The notes under the pieces are model-generated. The model did no database searches and was not told the origin of the DNA. It was given only the letters and a program-made list of their open reading frames with translations. From Octopus sinensis (taxonomy: Eukaryota), in the NCBI RefSeq assembly GCF_006345805.1, contig NC_042998.1, positions 100,750,001 through 100,814,000 of the forward strand: a stretch of 64,000 nucleotides of DNA, written 5' to 3'. Positions 50,355 to 64,000 of the stretch are shown here, in pieces. Numbering within the stretch: the first letter of the stretch is position 1; the number at the start of each line of letters is the position of its first letter. The position numbers were made by a program, and so were the translations under genes.

Positions 50355-50902
50355 ATGTGTGTGTACGAATATGTGTTAAAACAAATATACAGATACAGGG
50401 ACCAAGTGACCAAATTTCAAGAATCAAAAGATGCCTTATCAAAATGGTGAAATTCTAGATGTTTTATGAACAAGGTGGTTGGAAAAAGAAACAAAACTTT
50501 TCTTTTTCTTTTTAATTGTTGTTTTCTTTTTATATTTTTCTTGTATTGATTTTGCTTAGGAGGTGGATGTGAGGAAAGGGTTGGTTAAGATTTATTTGCA
50601 AAATAGAATTGCTAGAGAATTTGGGGCTTTTTGAATAAACAAACCAAACCTTATCTTAGCTGGACTAATGTTGGAATGAACAAGTAGAAATGTGTAGAAA
50701 TATATATGGCAGCTTGTGCCAGGACAGAAAAAAAATAAAGAAAAACAAACAAGCAAAAAACACGACTTTCTGTGTATAGCAATTACAGTGACAAAACTTA
50801 GTGAAACAAAAAAATAGCATCAATGGTGATAAGAACAACAGCAGCAACAATAAATACAACAATGACAACAAGAAAATCTGCTGTGAACAACAACCAATCT
50901 AA

Positions 50903-50953
<51 letters not shown>

Positions 50954-51242
50954 CAACAGCATCATCATCATCATCATCACCACCATCATCATCATCGTTT
51001 TCATGTCCACTTTTCCATGCCTAAATGGATTGGATGGAATCTCATTGAAACAGAATTTTCTATGGCTGGACACTCTTCCTGTCGCCAATCTTTCCCTGTT
51101 TCCAAGTATAGTAATATTTTCCTATGACCAGACACGTTTCCATCAAATATTTGGAAGGAAGGACACTACTTGCACGGTGGTGATACTCAGCTGAAGCTCT
51201 CTCATGATGTCAACACAAGGAAACACCTACACACACACACAC

Positions 51243-51475
51243 ACATCCATGTTAAGTTGGATATCAAGATTGCCTTTTATTACAATGAAGTAAATGAAGA
51301 GGAAGTAGATTTCTTTTCCCTTTCACTAAAATAATATAGATGGACCAATCAGTTGTGATAAAAAGCATCCCAGCCACCATTCATTCAGTTTGCTAAAGGG
51401 TGACAGTGTCTTTTAATGTATTCTCTCATAAAGGCACTGGCCAGAAGAACATAATAGACCAAATGTCTATACTCT
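51243..51475 (+). repeat. Dispersed repeat of about 220 bp, copy 2 (15-nt insertion gaagaggaagtagat)
   Basis: Near-identical to 26721-26937. Confidence 0.9.
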
Positions 51476-52299
51476 ATCTCACTCACTACCTCACACACAC
51501 ACACACGGTAGGCTTCTTTCAGTTTCTGTCTACCAAATCCATTCACAAGTGTTTGGTTGGTCCAGGGCTATAGTAGAAGACACTTGTCTAAGGTGCCATG
51601 TAGTGGACTGAACCCAGAAACATGTGGTTGAAAAATAAACATTTTACCAGACAACCATGTGTCCACCTAACAGTAAATATACAGAATTGTTTAAGACAGG
51701 CAGGAAGACTGAAATTCAGAAGAGAGTATAAGTTGACACTATTGATCTGAGTAACTGATTGGTACTTTATTCTATCGACTCTAGAGTGATGAAAGGGAAG
51801 GGTATCTTTGGCAGGATTTGAACTCTCAAATGTAAAGGGCTGGAAGAAATATCACAAATCATATTGTCCAGTTTTTTAAACCAATCCATCATCATAGTAT
51901 ATAAAATTCTTTCTAATTTGGGCAGATAACCTGAAATTTTGGGGAAGTGGAGCACTCTGTAGATCTGGAAATGATGAAGAGTAGAGTCAACCACAGTGGA
52001 ATTTAAACTCAGAATACGAAGCTGGAGGGATGCCACTATGCATTTTCTTCAGCATGCTAATGACTCCATCAACTTGCCACCTTAGTAAGTATATTAAAAA
52101 TGGTGGAAGGCCAGTTTATGGGATTAGCTTAGGTTTCCCGTCCATAAACGGTTTAGCTTTATGGCATGTTGTCAGATCTCAAAAATGGGATGGGAAACCT
52201 AAAGTAATCCCATGAACTGGCCTTCCCCATTTTTAATATATACTACTCTACATCTTAGAGTGTGCTTCTTTCAGATTTATGTTTCTACAAATGATATAT

Positions 52300-52354
<55 letters not shown>

Positions 52355-52360
52355 CACATA

Positions 52361-52429
<69 letters not shown>

Positions 52430-52475
52430 TTAGCGTCCGTTTTCCATGCTAGCATGGGTTGGACATATATATATA

Positions 52476-53087
52476 TATATTACATACATATAATAGGGAC
52501 GACCTGTAAGTGGACATATATTATGTTAGAAGTAGATCCGCTATGGTCTTACCACTACGAAAGGAATCATCATCATCATCATCATCATCGTTTAACGTCT
52601 GTTCTCCATGCTAACATGGGTTGGACGGTTCGACCGGAGATCTGGGAAGCCAGAAGGCTGCACCAGGCTCCAGTCTTATCTGGCAATGTTTCTACAGCTG
52701 GATGCCCTTCCTAACGCCAACCACTCCGTGAGTGTAGTGGGTGCTTTTTACGTGCCACCTGCACAGGTGCCAGGCGAGGCTGGCAACGGCCACAGTCGGA
52801 TTGGTGTATTTTATGTGCCACCGGCACGGAAGCCAGTCGAGGCGGCACTGGCATCGGCCACGTTCTCAAGAAAATTTAGCAAATGCCAGAATGTAAGCAA
52901 GCAAGACAAATGAAAAGATACAAAATCTATATTTTGTATCTTTTCATTTGTCTTGCTCGCTTATGTTCTGGCGTTTGCTAAATTTTCATGAGAACATTCC
53001 TTTCTTAGTGGTAAGACCATAGCAGATCTACTTCTAGCATAATGGATGTCCACTTACAGGTCATCCCTCTCATATGTATGTAATATA
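52476..53087. repeat. Fold-back palindrome (about 157-bp arms, 4-nt loop ctat) with an RTE tail inserted in the left arm
   Basis: 52476-52567 plus 52862-52926 is the reverse complement of 52931-53087; the inner 65 bp has 5 mismatches. Confidence 0.9.
52568..52861 (-). mobile_element. RTE 3'-tail insertion without TSD
   Basis: (CAT)7, ccatgctaacatggg, gatgcccttcctaacgccaaccactcc, two hairpin units. Confidence 0.9.
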
Positions 53088-53189
53088 ATTTTTTCTGAAT
53101 CCTCAGATTTTTCAATATACTAGACCACTGGTTTTAAATTGATATTAATCAAATTAATATTCAATTTTTCACCCTTATTATTTCAAATT

Positions 53190-53222
<33 letters not shown>

Positions 53223-53224
53223 AC

Positions 53225-53506
53225 ATATATACACACACACAAATGATCGAGACACCTTTGGCAATTTGCTGTGCTTGAGAAGACTTGTCAAGCCAAGTGA
53301 AATCATAGTTGTGGATAGTGCTGATGACACATAAAAGGCACTCACTACACTTATGGAGTGGCTGACTTTAGGAAGGTATCCAGCTGTAGAAACCAAGTCA
53401 AATCAGACTGGAACCTGGTATGGCTCTCTGGCTTACCAGTTCCAGTTAAACCGTCTAACCCATACAAGCAAGGAAAACAGATGCTAAATGATGATGATGA
53501 TGATGA

Positions 53507-53510
<4 letters not shown>
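53225..53510 (+). mobile_element. RTE 3'-tail remnant ending in (GAT)n-(TA)n
   Basis: caagccaagtgaaatcatagt..aggaaggtatccagctgtagaaacc..atgctaaatgatgatg. Confidence 0.75.
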
Positions 53511-53569
<59 letters not shown>

Positions 53570-54327
53570 ATATATATATACATACATATATATATATATA
53601 TACACATATATATATACATATATATATATACATATATATACACACACACACTAAACAATTAGAACCACATTACCTACCTACCTACCTATCTACCTAACTA
53701 GTGACCTACCCAAACCATCCCTGATTGCTCCTCTTTGGTAGCATAATTTGCCAGAAAATCGAGATAAGGATAACCTCACTAGCTGACTTGGTTTTGTATC
53801 ATTGACTATACTGTATTCCTTCTCCTCTACCCACCCCTTATTTAACCTCTCCTTCTATTCCTCTTTCCCCCCTCTATCTGTGTCTATCTGACTTTCCCTA
53901 AAATGTTCTTTATACTACTTCTCACTTTCCTGGCTCACTCAACAAATGTGACCTTTCTCCAAAATTTGTTTCTTTTATAATCTTTTATAATTTTCTCCTT
54001 TAGTTTTTGTTTTTTGGTCTTTTGTTAAAATTTGTTTTCAGTTGGAAAGGAAGGCATCTATAGTAAATAAAATAAACAGGAAAAAAATAACCCCCCAATA
54101 TATATAAATAAAAAGAGTGGTGAAGAAGATGGTGGTAGTAGGGCGATTTGATAACTAAAACATTCCAACACAGGCTGACAATAGAGTCGTTCTAGAACAC
54201 AAGCAAAATGTGTGCAAAATTTGGAAATCATTTACTGGTGCAATACATATATAATATATATATATATAGAGAGAGAGGCTGGGGAGAAACCAAGACTGTA
54301 ATATATGAGCATGTGTATGTGTGTGTG

Positions 54328-54417
<90 letters not shown>

Positions 54418-54660
54418 TAACCATAAATGAACTAATGTTTTCAAAATTCTTTATTCTGAGTTCAGAGCTGTCACTAATTTTTAAATAATCAACAACACAA
54501 AATCCAGAGTAAACAAGTGTAGATGCTTCACTTCTTTTATTGATATTATAATCAACTTTATATATACTGTATTTTTTCCTAATGTTTGTATAAACAAGGG
54601 AAAAAGACACATGTTTATATATATCATCATCATCATCATATATATATAATATATATATAT

Positions 54661-54727
<67 letters not shown>

Positions 54728-57049
54728 CATATATATATATATAATATATATATATATGGCTGTGTGTGTATGCTTATTTATGTTTAACAAGAAAAAGAAT
54801 CTTTTTGAAAATCAGTCTGTTAGTAATAACATTTTGGAGATTTCAAATATAAGTAAATTTGATAGTAATTGAATAACTACAGCAAAAAGTTTTTAAAAAA
54901 TATTTCGCATGTAAAAATTGGATATTATTATTTTTTAAATAATGCTTCTGTCTGTCACTCCCTCTCAACTAGCCTGGTCCTCATTCTCTCTTTTCATCTT
55001 GATAAATTTTGTTAATTCCATTTTAGTAGAATGCAATTCAAGAATGCATTTAATTATAAGGCATGCTGACAGAAAATTATTTCAGTAAGATGAGTACATA
55101 TAAATGTATATGTGTGTACGTAAGTGTATATATGTGTGTGTGTGCATGTCTGTATTATGATTAATTTACTTACACTTCAATCTTTTTGTTTATTCATTGT
55201 TTAAAAAAAGAGAATGAAATCAAAAGAGAAACACAAACACGACTTATACATCAAAATTAAGTTGTACATAATCTTACATAATCTTAAGATTGGTACCAGT
55301 GGTGGTGACGCCTAAGTTCTTCATACAGTCATGTGCATTTAATAATTCATTTGCAGAATAAAATATGATGTTGTTTTCCAAACCTTATTTTAAGAACTAT
55401 GTACTGGGTTGTTTGGAACTTTTTGCATTTGGTCACCAGAGTCTGGGATAATCTTTTGGGAAACTTTTCTTCAGTACGAATCATAAAAAAAAAATGGATT
55501 TCAAACTTTCATTCATCTATTCAAGAGTTGAGTATATATCTGAGCAACACCTCTTCATTACTCCTTCAATGTCACAGAGGACAATAGACTGGCTTACTGA
55601 TTTCTTTCTCTGAGACACAAATAAATGAGGTTATTGTCATCAGATATATATACACAGACATGTCTGTGTGATTAAGAAATTTGCTTCTCAGCCTTGTGGC
55701 TTTGAGGTCAGTCCTACAATGCAGTACATTTGACAAATGTCTTCTACTATACCCTTGGGCTAACCAAATAATATCTGGTGAGGAAATTTGGTAGATGGAA
55801 ACTGAAAGAAGCCTGTTGTATGTAAGTGTATATGTTTTGTGTCTGCTTATCTTGACCTTACACAATAGTTGTAAGCAAGTGTTGCTATCATACAGCTGGT
55901 GTTGTGTTGTTTATTTCTAATCTGTGAAAACATGTCTGGCCATGGGAAAATGCATTGCCTATAAACAGGTGAGGGTTGGTAACAGGAAGAGCATCTGGTC
56001 ATAGAAAATCTACTGCAATAAAACTCATTTTTACTCTGTGCAAAGCATAGAAAAGTGAACATTAAAACAAAGATGGTGCAGAGAGATGATGCCAATCACA
56101 CGCACACACACACGTCTTTGTGTGCATGTGTGTGACTGATGATCCCACTGTTTGTGGTTGGACTGCAACTAGTAATGTCTTTTGATATTTCCTGTCAATA
56201 AATTGTTCATTAGCTCTGCACATCTAAATTCCTCTGCAATAAGAAACTCTTACTTCAAAAACATATAAGGGTTGTATTGTAACAAGAGAAGTCTTAACTT
56301 CTTTGTCTAAGCCATGCTAGGGTAAAAAAAAAAACTAGTCATGTTAGTGCAGAAAACTGTCAAACAAAATGACTAAACAAGCACAAACAAAAGCCAAATA
56401 ACACCTAAAGTAGTACAAATGTTTTTAAAGCATATTTGAAATAGAGAGAGTTACAGCTGGCACCGGCAAAGAGATCCTAGTGTATTGGTCAAAGGATCAA
56501 AAGTCTCTTTCTTTCTAATGGTGTGGCACTGTGTCCAGGAACCAGTAGACAGCTGTATGTAGGTATCACAGTGTTATAGCTGAACAGTGTTGTTTAGTTT
56601 CAGGCCAGCTTTTATCAAGTAGACTGTGATCAAGGATGTCCAAGGATGTTCATATAGTTTCAATTTCAACCACAGTGTACATAAGACTACATTATCCAAC
56701 ACAGCATTCTTCTATTAAAATGATGAGGTGTGATTTGAAGGAGATTTAGCTGCTATTTCCAGCATGTTGAGAAACAGTAGAGAGCAAGCCACATGTGACA
56801 TGGTTCATCATCAGGTAGGTTGCACTGCCAAAAAAAAAAAGGGGGAATTTTTCATTAAGCATGCCATTCAGAGAATGTCAGCAGCATGTGGCCCATGGAC
56901 TGCAGGTTGGCCATGACTGGCATGGAAGTTAGCTTCTTCTTGATCAATTGTTGCTATAGTTGTTGTTCAGCCCTATTTCAGCACTAACTGAACACACCAA
57001 TAATCAAATGTATTCCAGCTGTGACCATCCGATCTTACTCTCTTTTTTT

Positions 57050-57453
57050 TACTCTTTTACTTGTTTCAGTCATTTGACTGCGGCCATGCTGGAGCACCGC
57101 CTTTAGTCGAGCAAAGCGACCCTAGGACTTATTCTTTGTAAGCCTAGTACTTATTCTATTGGTCTCTTTGCCGAACCACTAAGTTACGGGGACGTAAACA
57201 CACTAGCATCGGTTGTCAAGCGATGTTGGGGGACAAACACAGACACACAAACATACACACACACATACACACACATATATAAATATATACGACAGGCTTC
57301 TTTCAGTTTCCATCTACCAAATCCACTCACAAGGCTTTGGTCAGCCTGAGGCTATAGTAGAAGACACTTGCCTAAGGTGCCACGCAGTGGGACTGAACCC
57401 GGAACCATGTGGTTGGTAAGCAAGCTACTTACCGCACAGCCACTCCTGTGCCT
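57050..57453 (-). mobile_element. SINE family A, full length, well preserved
   Basis: Reverse complement: aggcacaggagtggctgtgcggtaagtagcttgc..ccgggttcagtcccactgcgtggcacc..ggcggtgctccagcatggccgcagtcaaatgactgaaac. Confidence 0.92.
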
Positions 57454-58150
57454 ATTTTTTTCAAGACAAAGTGTATCTTGGACTACATTAACCAATGTAC
57501 ATTTTTTTTTGTATTTAAGAATTGAGATTCTAAAACCAAGGTGCCACACAAAAAGCGTTGCTGTGGGTGCTGATGCCACATAAAAAACACTGTTGCTGGT
57601 GCCATGTAAACAACACCCAGTACACTCTATAGAGTGGTTGGCATAAGGAAGAGCATCCAGCCCTAGAAACCAAGCTAAAACAGACTATAGAACCTGGGGT
57701 AACCCCTGGCTTTGCCAGTTCCTGTTAAACTGTCCAACCCATGCCAGTTTGGAAAACAAACATTAAATGTTGATGAAGAAGAAGTTAAGATTTAATCTGA
57801 GGAAGATTTGTTAGCTATTTCTAGCAGGTCAATCAACCACTTAGAAGCTCATTTGTTGATTCATATGACTGATAAAATATTATGTAAGAGTAGGGTGTAT
57901 GAAATAGGAACATCTAATTTTATGAAAAAATATTTGTTTGGAGAAATAGAAATTCCTGGGGCGAAAAAAGAGCAAGGAAACTCTATAGCATGATGGAAAG
58001 AGAAATGTATGAATCTTAAACTTGTTGACTACAAAATGGAGATATATTCTGTATTTCATAGCAAGAAAATCAATTAATTAAAAATAAATAAATAACAAAT
58101 ATCTCACTTTCTTACAAAACAAGGAAAATATATAAATATGTGTGTATGCA

Positions 58151-58184
<34 letters not shown>

Positions 58185-58185
<1 letters not shown>

Positions 58186-60748
58186 TCATGTTTGTGTATG
58201 TGTATATATAGGTGTATATGTATGTATATACATATGTACATATACACCTATATATACACATTAAGTGAATTAATAAGTAAATAAATACATAAACAAGCAA
58301 ATATGTGAAGACAGAGAAAGGTTGAGAAAACATACAAGGAAAGAGAAGACAAGTGAAGAAAAGTATCACTTAACACCAATGCCACAAACATCACCACAGA
58401 TAGTTACTTGCCCTGCAAGAAATAGCAGTTGAATATTCACCATAACACACCCCACCAGTCTTAGGAATAGAAACAATACATTAAACAGTGTAGTCTTAGA
58501 TGCTGATTAAAAGATAGAATGGTCAAGGCTGGAGTGTGCACAATTAGGGCTGACCTGGGGTTAAGTATCAATGAAAGCAACTTGAATGAAAGAATAAGCG
58601 AAGATGGCAAACAAGCAGGCATGGGTGTGGGGTAAGAAGCTTACTTCCTAACCATATGGTTCCAAGTTCAGTCCTACTGTGTGGCACCTTGGGCAAATGT
58701 CTTCTACTATAGCCCTGGGCCAACCAAAACCTTGTGGATAAATTTAGTAGATGGAAACTGAAAGAAGCCCACCGTATATGTGAGTGTGTGTATGTGTGAG
58801 CATGTGTCTTTGTGTCTGTGTTTGTCCCCCACCACTACTTGATAGCTGGTGTCGGTGTGTTTATGTCCCCTGACATGTTCATGGAAACGTTAATTATTGG
58901 GGATATTGATATTTCAATTCACAGAGGTAATAAACTGACCATTACTGTCATAAACACATTTTGTTTACAAGGAAAAAAGAAAGACTTGTTTATCAAAGCT
59001 AGAGCACATTTGAGGGTGTACTGTCAGATCAGGATTTAAGTGGACCAATGAAACAAGAATAACATGAAGCAGAAAGTGAAAATGCAAGCAAAAACGATAG
59101 ATGGATGGATGGAAATGAATGCGTATGTGTGTATGTGCATATGTGTGTATGTGCATGTGTGTACATGCATGTGTGTTTCTTTTTGACATCATGCGACAAT
59201 TGTAAAGTGATAGGGAAATACTATCTTGCTTTTACCTTTTACTTGTCTCAGTCATTAGACTGTTACCCTGCTAGAGCACTGTCTTGACGAATTTTAGGCA
59301 AATGAATTCACTCCAACGTCTGCCACCAGGTGAGGGCTGGTGACAGGAAGGGCATCCACCCATAGAAAACCTACTTCTTCAAGTCCTACCTGATTCATGC
59401 AAGCATGGAAAAGTGGATGTTAAATGATTATATATATATATACATATACATATATATATATATATATATTATATATATAATATATATTCATGTTTGTGTA
59501 TGTGTATATATAGGTGTATATGTATGTATATACATATGTACATATACACCTATATATACACATTAAGTGAATTAATAAGTAAATAAATACATAAACAAGC
59601 AAATATGTGAAGACAGAGAAAGGTTGAGAAAACATACAAGGAAAGAGAAGACAAGTGAAGAAAAGTATCACTTAACACCAATGCCACAAATATCACCACA
59701 GATAGTTACTTGCCCTGCAAGAAATAGCAGTTGAATATTCACCATAACACACCCCACCAGTCTTAGGATAGAAACAATACATTAAACAGTGTAGTCTTAG
59801 ATGCTGATTAAAAGATAGAATGGTCAAGGCTGGAGTGTGCACAATTAGGGCTGACCTGGGGTTAAGTATCAATGAAAGCAACTTGAATGAAAGAATAAGC
59901 GAAGATGGCAAACAAGCAGGCATGGGTGTGGGGTAAGAAGCTTACTTCCTAACCATATGGTTCCAAGTTCAGTCCTACTGTGTGGCACCTTGGGCAAATG
60001 TCTTCTACTATAGCCCTGGGCCACCAAAACCTTGTGGATAAATTTAGTAGATGGAAACTGAAAGAAGCCCACCGTATATGTGAGTGTGTGTATGTGTGAG
60101 CATGTGTCTTGTGTCTGTGTTTGTCCCCCACCACTACTTGATAGCTGGTGTCGGTGTGTTTATGTCCCCTGACATGTTCATGGAAACGTTAATTATTGGG
60201 GATATTGATATTTCAATTCACAGAGGTAATAAACTGACCATTACTGTCATAAACACATTTTGTTTACAAGGAAAAAAGAAAGACTTGTTTATCAAAGCTA
60301 GAGCACATTTGAGGGTGTACTGTCAGATCAGGATTTAAGTGGACCAATGAAACAAGAATAACATGAAGCAGAAAGTGAAAATGCAAGCAAAAACGTTAGA
60401 TGGATGGATGGAAATGAATGCGTATGTGTGTATGTGCATATGTGTGTATGTGCATGTGTGTACATGCATGTGTGTTTCTTTTTGACATCATGCGACAATT
60501 GTAAAGTGATAGGGAAATACTATCTTGCTTTTACCTTTTACTTGTCTCAGTCATTAGACTGTTACCCTGCTAGAGCACTGTCTTGACGAATTTTAGGCAA
60601 ATGAATTCACTCCAACGTCTGCCCCAGGTGAGGGCTGGTGACAGGAAGGGCATCCACCCATAGAAAACCTACTTCTTCAAGTCCTACCTGATTCATGCAA
60701 GCATGGAAAAGTGGATGTTAAATGATTATATATATATATACATATACA

Positions 60749-60750
<2 letters not shown>
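58185..60750 (+). repeat. Tandem duplication of about 1.3 kb (58185-59452 and 59487-60750)
   Basis: Copies differ by four 1-bp deletions in copy 2 (offset shrinks from 1302 to 1298) and about two substitutions; breakpoints lie in (TA)n. Confidence 0.95.
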
Positions 60751-60820
<70 letters not shown>

Positions 60821-61004
60821 ACATATATTTGCTCTGAGTAATACATTTCCTCATCACTCTTGCTTCTAGAAATGCAGTGAACCAGTGAAATATTGAATGG
60901 AAGGCAGTATGTGTGTATGTGTGTGTGTTTGTGCCCATATGTATATAAAAAAACAGCTTTATGCTAGAGTTATTCTTTTTATTAAAAACACAGTTATATC
61001 TACT

Positions 61005-61301
61005 TTTTATTTATTCACCCTTTTCAAGCCTAGCCAGACTCATGGGCCTGGTTTCCAGGTTTCTGTGGCGTATGTGTTCCCCCCAGCTGGATAAGATGCC
61101 AGTCCATCACAGCGTTACTCAAGAAACAAGAAGAAAGAGTAAGAGAAAGTTGGGGCGAAAGAGTACAACAGGGGTCGCTCCCCCCCCTGCCGGAGCCTCA
61201 TGGAGATTCAGGTGTTTTCGGTCAATAACACACATAGCGCCCAGTCTGGGAATCGAAACCGTGATCCTCCGACCCAAAACACTGGGTCATTGCGCCTCCA
61301 C
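61005..61301 (-). mobile_element. tRNA-derived SINE family D (V-SINE-like gatggactggc..tccag motif)
   Basis: Reverse complement head gtggaggcgcaatgacccagtg..gtttcgattccc; 10-bp TSD tatatctact at 60995-61004 and 61302-61311. Confidence 0.85.
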
Positions 61302-62173
61302 TATATCTACTACAATATTTTTTCATATTAAGGATATTCATCACTTGGTACTGTTGTTGTCAGTATACCAGGCAAAATGCTTAGCACCATTATGTCTATC
61401 CTTACATCCTGAGTTCAAATTCTGCCTAGGTCCACTTTGCCTTTCATCCTTTCAGGGTCAATAAAATAAAGTACCTGTTCAACAATACTGGGGTCAATGT
61501 GACTGAATTACCCCCATCCCCTGAAATGTATCTCCAGTTCAACGTATCACTAAACGTGTCCCGCTCATGGTTATTCCATATTTTTGATTCATCTAAAACA
61601 AAATTAACTTTTTCTACTTTTCTCAGACAGTAAATTACAATTTGAAGAGATTTGGTTGCTATTTCTAACTGGCTGAACGACTGTGAAGAGGCTCTCTCAT
61701 TTCCTCATAAAGACTATAATTCAATGACCTGGATACTGACGTTTTTACTCTATATCTCCATACTAACATATAGTAGGAGACAGTGTTGGTGGTCAGGTAG
61801 TAAATGTGTTATTATACAATAATAATAAACCGAAATATAACAGTATATTGTGTACAACGACTTTACTTATGACGTGATTGTTTTAGCTCTGAACTAGCAA
61901 CTTGCCAAACAACTGCATACCTGTGTGTGCATGTCTGGTGTCTGTCTTTGTGTCTGTCTTTGCGTCCTTGTTTGTACCCTGCCACTGCTTGACAAAAGAG
62001 ACTGATAGAATAATTACCAGACTTAAAAAAAAGTAGGTGTTGGGGTGGGGTCAATTCCTTTGACTAAAATTCTTCAAGACAGTGCTTCAGCATGGCAACA
62101 TTTTAACAACTGAAACAATTACAAGATAAAAGATGCACACACATACACACATATGCATACACATATACATAAA

Positions 62174-62664
62174 TACAAGCAAAACGTCCCCCCCCCGTCC
62201 AATGGACGGTGCTGAGTTGTCAAACATTTAAACCAAATTTTCTCAAAACAACTTGTCCGACCGTTCCATAGGCCTCCCCTTTGAGAAACACTGATTTAAC
62301 CTAAATTTGAGACACCAGCAAAAGAAGAAATAAAGATAGACTTTTTTTCTATTCCAAAGAAAAACGATTTTATTCACACAAATATGCAACCGAAGAGTTT
62401 CAAGTACCAGTAGGTACATTGCAACAGCTGATGTACTTGCATGTACAAATGCATGTTCCCACGGCTTTATCGATCGCATTCTCACCTGGAATCGATTTTT
62501 GTAATTTTTTTCAAGACTTATACACGCGCTGATACCGTCAGTATCTACATATCAAATTTGAGTGCAATCGGATGGAGGATCCTAGAAGATCAGAGATCCT
62601 AGAAGATCCGAGATCCTAGAAGACAACACACACAGACGGACAGAACGGATTTTATATAATAGAT
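62174..62664. mobile_element. Helitron/Helentron-like non-autonomous element (tentative)
   Basis: Subterminal hairpin ccgtcc-aat-ggacgg (62195-62209), CpG-rich body, end motif caaatttgagtgcaatcgg..cagacggacagaacggattttatataatagat, 3x 17-bp gatcctagaagatc repeat. Confidence 0.45.
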
Positions 62665-62875
62665 AATGAGTTTACTGCTCAAATTTATCACCATCGACCT
62701 CTCCATCTCATAAATGTCAATGTCAAATTCATCATCATCAACCTTAATTTTGTTGTCCTAAGTCTCCATTCATTGTCATCTATCTTAATTTGGCCTTCGT
62801 CAACTTCAATGTCATTACTGTAGAATGCAACCATATTTTCTTCTACATTTTAGTTTTTATGAATAAACATTGACA

Positions 62876-63337
62876 CAGTGCTGGATTAACCAGTAAGCAT
62901 AATAAGAACGTGCTTAGGACATCAAGGGAAGAAGGGGGCATCACAGAAATGCTAAATAGTTTACGGTACAAAAGAAATCACTTTAAACTTGATAAAATAA
63001 TATTCGGGATGCCTTTATCTCTACTAAGTATAGATCAGGAGGAAACTTTTCAAATATAAATAAAGTGTAGGTATACAAAAATAAATACTATTTTCCCTCT
63101 TACTGTTTTCAGGCTGACTTTGATTACCGGAAATGATTGTGCCGGATTTAAGAGAATTAAGAAATGAGTTGGCATTATGGCAAATGTGTTTGGTTGTATA
63201 GGTTTTGTTTTGTTTTGAAAAAATAAAAAATAATTTTATGGTTTCTTATTGCTTATATTTTGAATTACGTAATCTTTTATGGGGGCACTAAAATCTTTTA
63301 AGTCCTTAGGGCCTCGATAGGTTTTAATCTGGCCCTG
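62876..63337. mobile_element. hAT-type MITE (cagggccggattaa-type TIR)
   Basis: cagtgctggattaacc ... ggttttaatctggccctg; flanks cattgaca / ctgaca resemble a decayed 8-bp TSD. Confidence 0.65.
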
Positions 63338-63431
63338 CTGACATCACAGAATAGTAAAAGAAGGCAAACATTAAAAAGTTTTGTAAAGGATAACAAATTT
63401 TGTATAATAAAAACCAACACACCTTACATAA

Positions 63432-63720
63432 CCATCATCGTTCTTCGTTTAACGTCTGCTTTCCATGTTAGCATGGGTTGGACGATTTGACTGAGGACTG
63501 GCGAACCAGATTGCTGTACCAGGCTCCTGTCTGAGTTTCTACAGCTGGATGTCCTTCCTAACGCCAACCACTCCAAGAGTGTAGTGGGTGCTTTTATGTA
63601 CCACTGGCATGAGGGCCAGTCAGGCAGTACTGGCAACGGCCACACTCAAATGGTGTTTTTTATGTGCCACCTGCACAGGTGCTAGTCTAGCAGCACTGGC
63701 AACGATCTAACTCGAATGTT
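63432..63720 (-). mobile_element. RTE 3'-tail remnant
   Basis: cgtttaacgtctgctttccatgttagcatggg..ccttcctaacgccaaccactcc, hairpin units. Confidence 0.85.
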
Positions 63721-64000
63721 TTTTACACCTTACATAACCATAAATATACAAATATTTAGTACATTACCAGCAAAACTACATACTATATGACAAAGACAAA
63801 AATAAACACTATATGTGTTACCTTTTATTTATTATTCTCATTTCTTAACTTTCTTAACATATTCCTAAAGTTCAGTACAAGTGTCGATCCATATATGTAT
63901 TTCATCATTATCATTGTCATTATCATTTGATATCAGATTTCCATGCTGGTATGGATTGGATGGTTTGGTTAGAGCTGACAAGCAGGAGAGCTGCACCAGG

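Noticed and set aside
50823-51194. 123-aa ORF with poly-Ser/Asn/Ile over a (CAG)n-(CAA)n-(CAT)n tract
   Set aside because: It is a compound microsatellite grown from an RTE tail on the minus strand.
60961-61464. 167-aa plus-strand ORF
   Set aside because: It runs antisense through a family D SINE and into a family B SINE, so it is a repeat shadow.

Overview
AT-rich, repeat-saturated eukaryotic DNA. The SINE families, the RTE LINE tail and the dense (TA)n/(CA)n/(GA)n/(ATT)n microsatellites look like an octopus (cephalopod) genome; this is recognition from memory, not a database search. No host gene can be called with confidence; there is one weak 135-nt exon candidate at 37112-37246. The real coding content is retrotransposon-derived: a 5'-truncated RTE LINE (14318-18248, minus) with a 606-aa RT ORF carrying an embedded PHD-type zinc finger, two shorter RTE copies, and an apparently full-length CR1/L2-group LINE (38857-42766, plus). 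That LINE has an unusual Myb/SANT-like + CCCH ORF1 and an ORF2 broken by small frameshifts with no in-frame stops. Around these lie at least five tRNA-headed SINE families, many RTE 3'-tail remnants, piggyBac-type and hAT-type MITEs, several fold-back palindromes and a 1.3-kb tandem duplication. Strongest leads: (1) a tRNA-headed SINE carrying a minimal type I hammerhead ribozyme, arranged as a head-to-head palindrome (36262-36771), plus a second hammerhead-like motif in another inverted repeat (9795-10130); (2) a 39-nt 3' tail shared by the CR1-like LINE and the dominant SINE, with a compensatorily conserved stem-loop, pointing to a LINE-SINE partnership; (3) accessory domains in both LINEs. 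Almost all other ORFs in the supplied track are microsatellite or repeat shadows.
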